Below the pieces are notes generated by a model. The model had not been told where the DNA came from, searched no databases, and worked only from the letters and a program-made list of their open reading frames with translations. The position numbers and the translations under genes were made by a program. Positions 63,928-64,000 of a stretch of 64,000 bases of DNA are shown in pieces. Within the stretch, counting starts at the first letter, position 1; each line of letters begins with the position of its first letter. Location: contig CM120641.1 of the NCBI GenBank assembly GCA_051362555.1, positions 620,001 to 684,000 of the forward strand, read 5' to 3'. The DNA comes from Lingula anatina (lineage: Eukaryota > Animalia > Brachiopoda).

Positions 63928-64000
63928 GTAAAAATGATTTATTTGCATAAAAATAATAAATCTAGTTTTCTTCTTCACTGTCCATATTTCCTCTATATGG

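Overview
AT-rich animal genomic DNA, probably a lophotrochozoan invertebrate (inferred from the Meis peptides and repeat types, not proven). Most of the window (1 to ~60 kb) is the 3' part of a + strand Meis/homothorax TALE homeobox gene. It has six phase-compatible coding exons (9520-9646, 22122-22270, 28079-28155, 46978-47036/47114, 48601-48678, 56287-56528), very long introns and a probably long 3' UTR. The MEINOX/HM-domain exons lie upstream of the window. The last homeodomain exon has competing GC and GT donors, and there are several candidate alternative terminal exons. A complete ~2.2 kb Helentron-type non-autonomous element sits in the last intron. Beyond a CpG-retaining block (~60.2-63.3 kb), three small exons missed by the ORF track (63191-63258, 63590-63638, 63845-63927) splice into a signal-peptide protein closely resembling the N-terminus of the sperm Ca2+-channel subunit CATSPER-epsilon. 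Almost all ORFs in the supplied track are spurious intronic ORFs.
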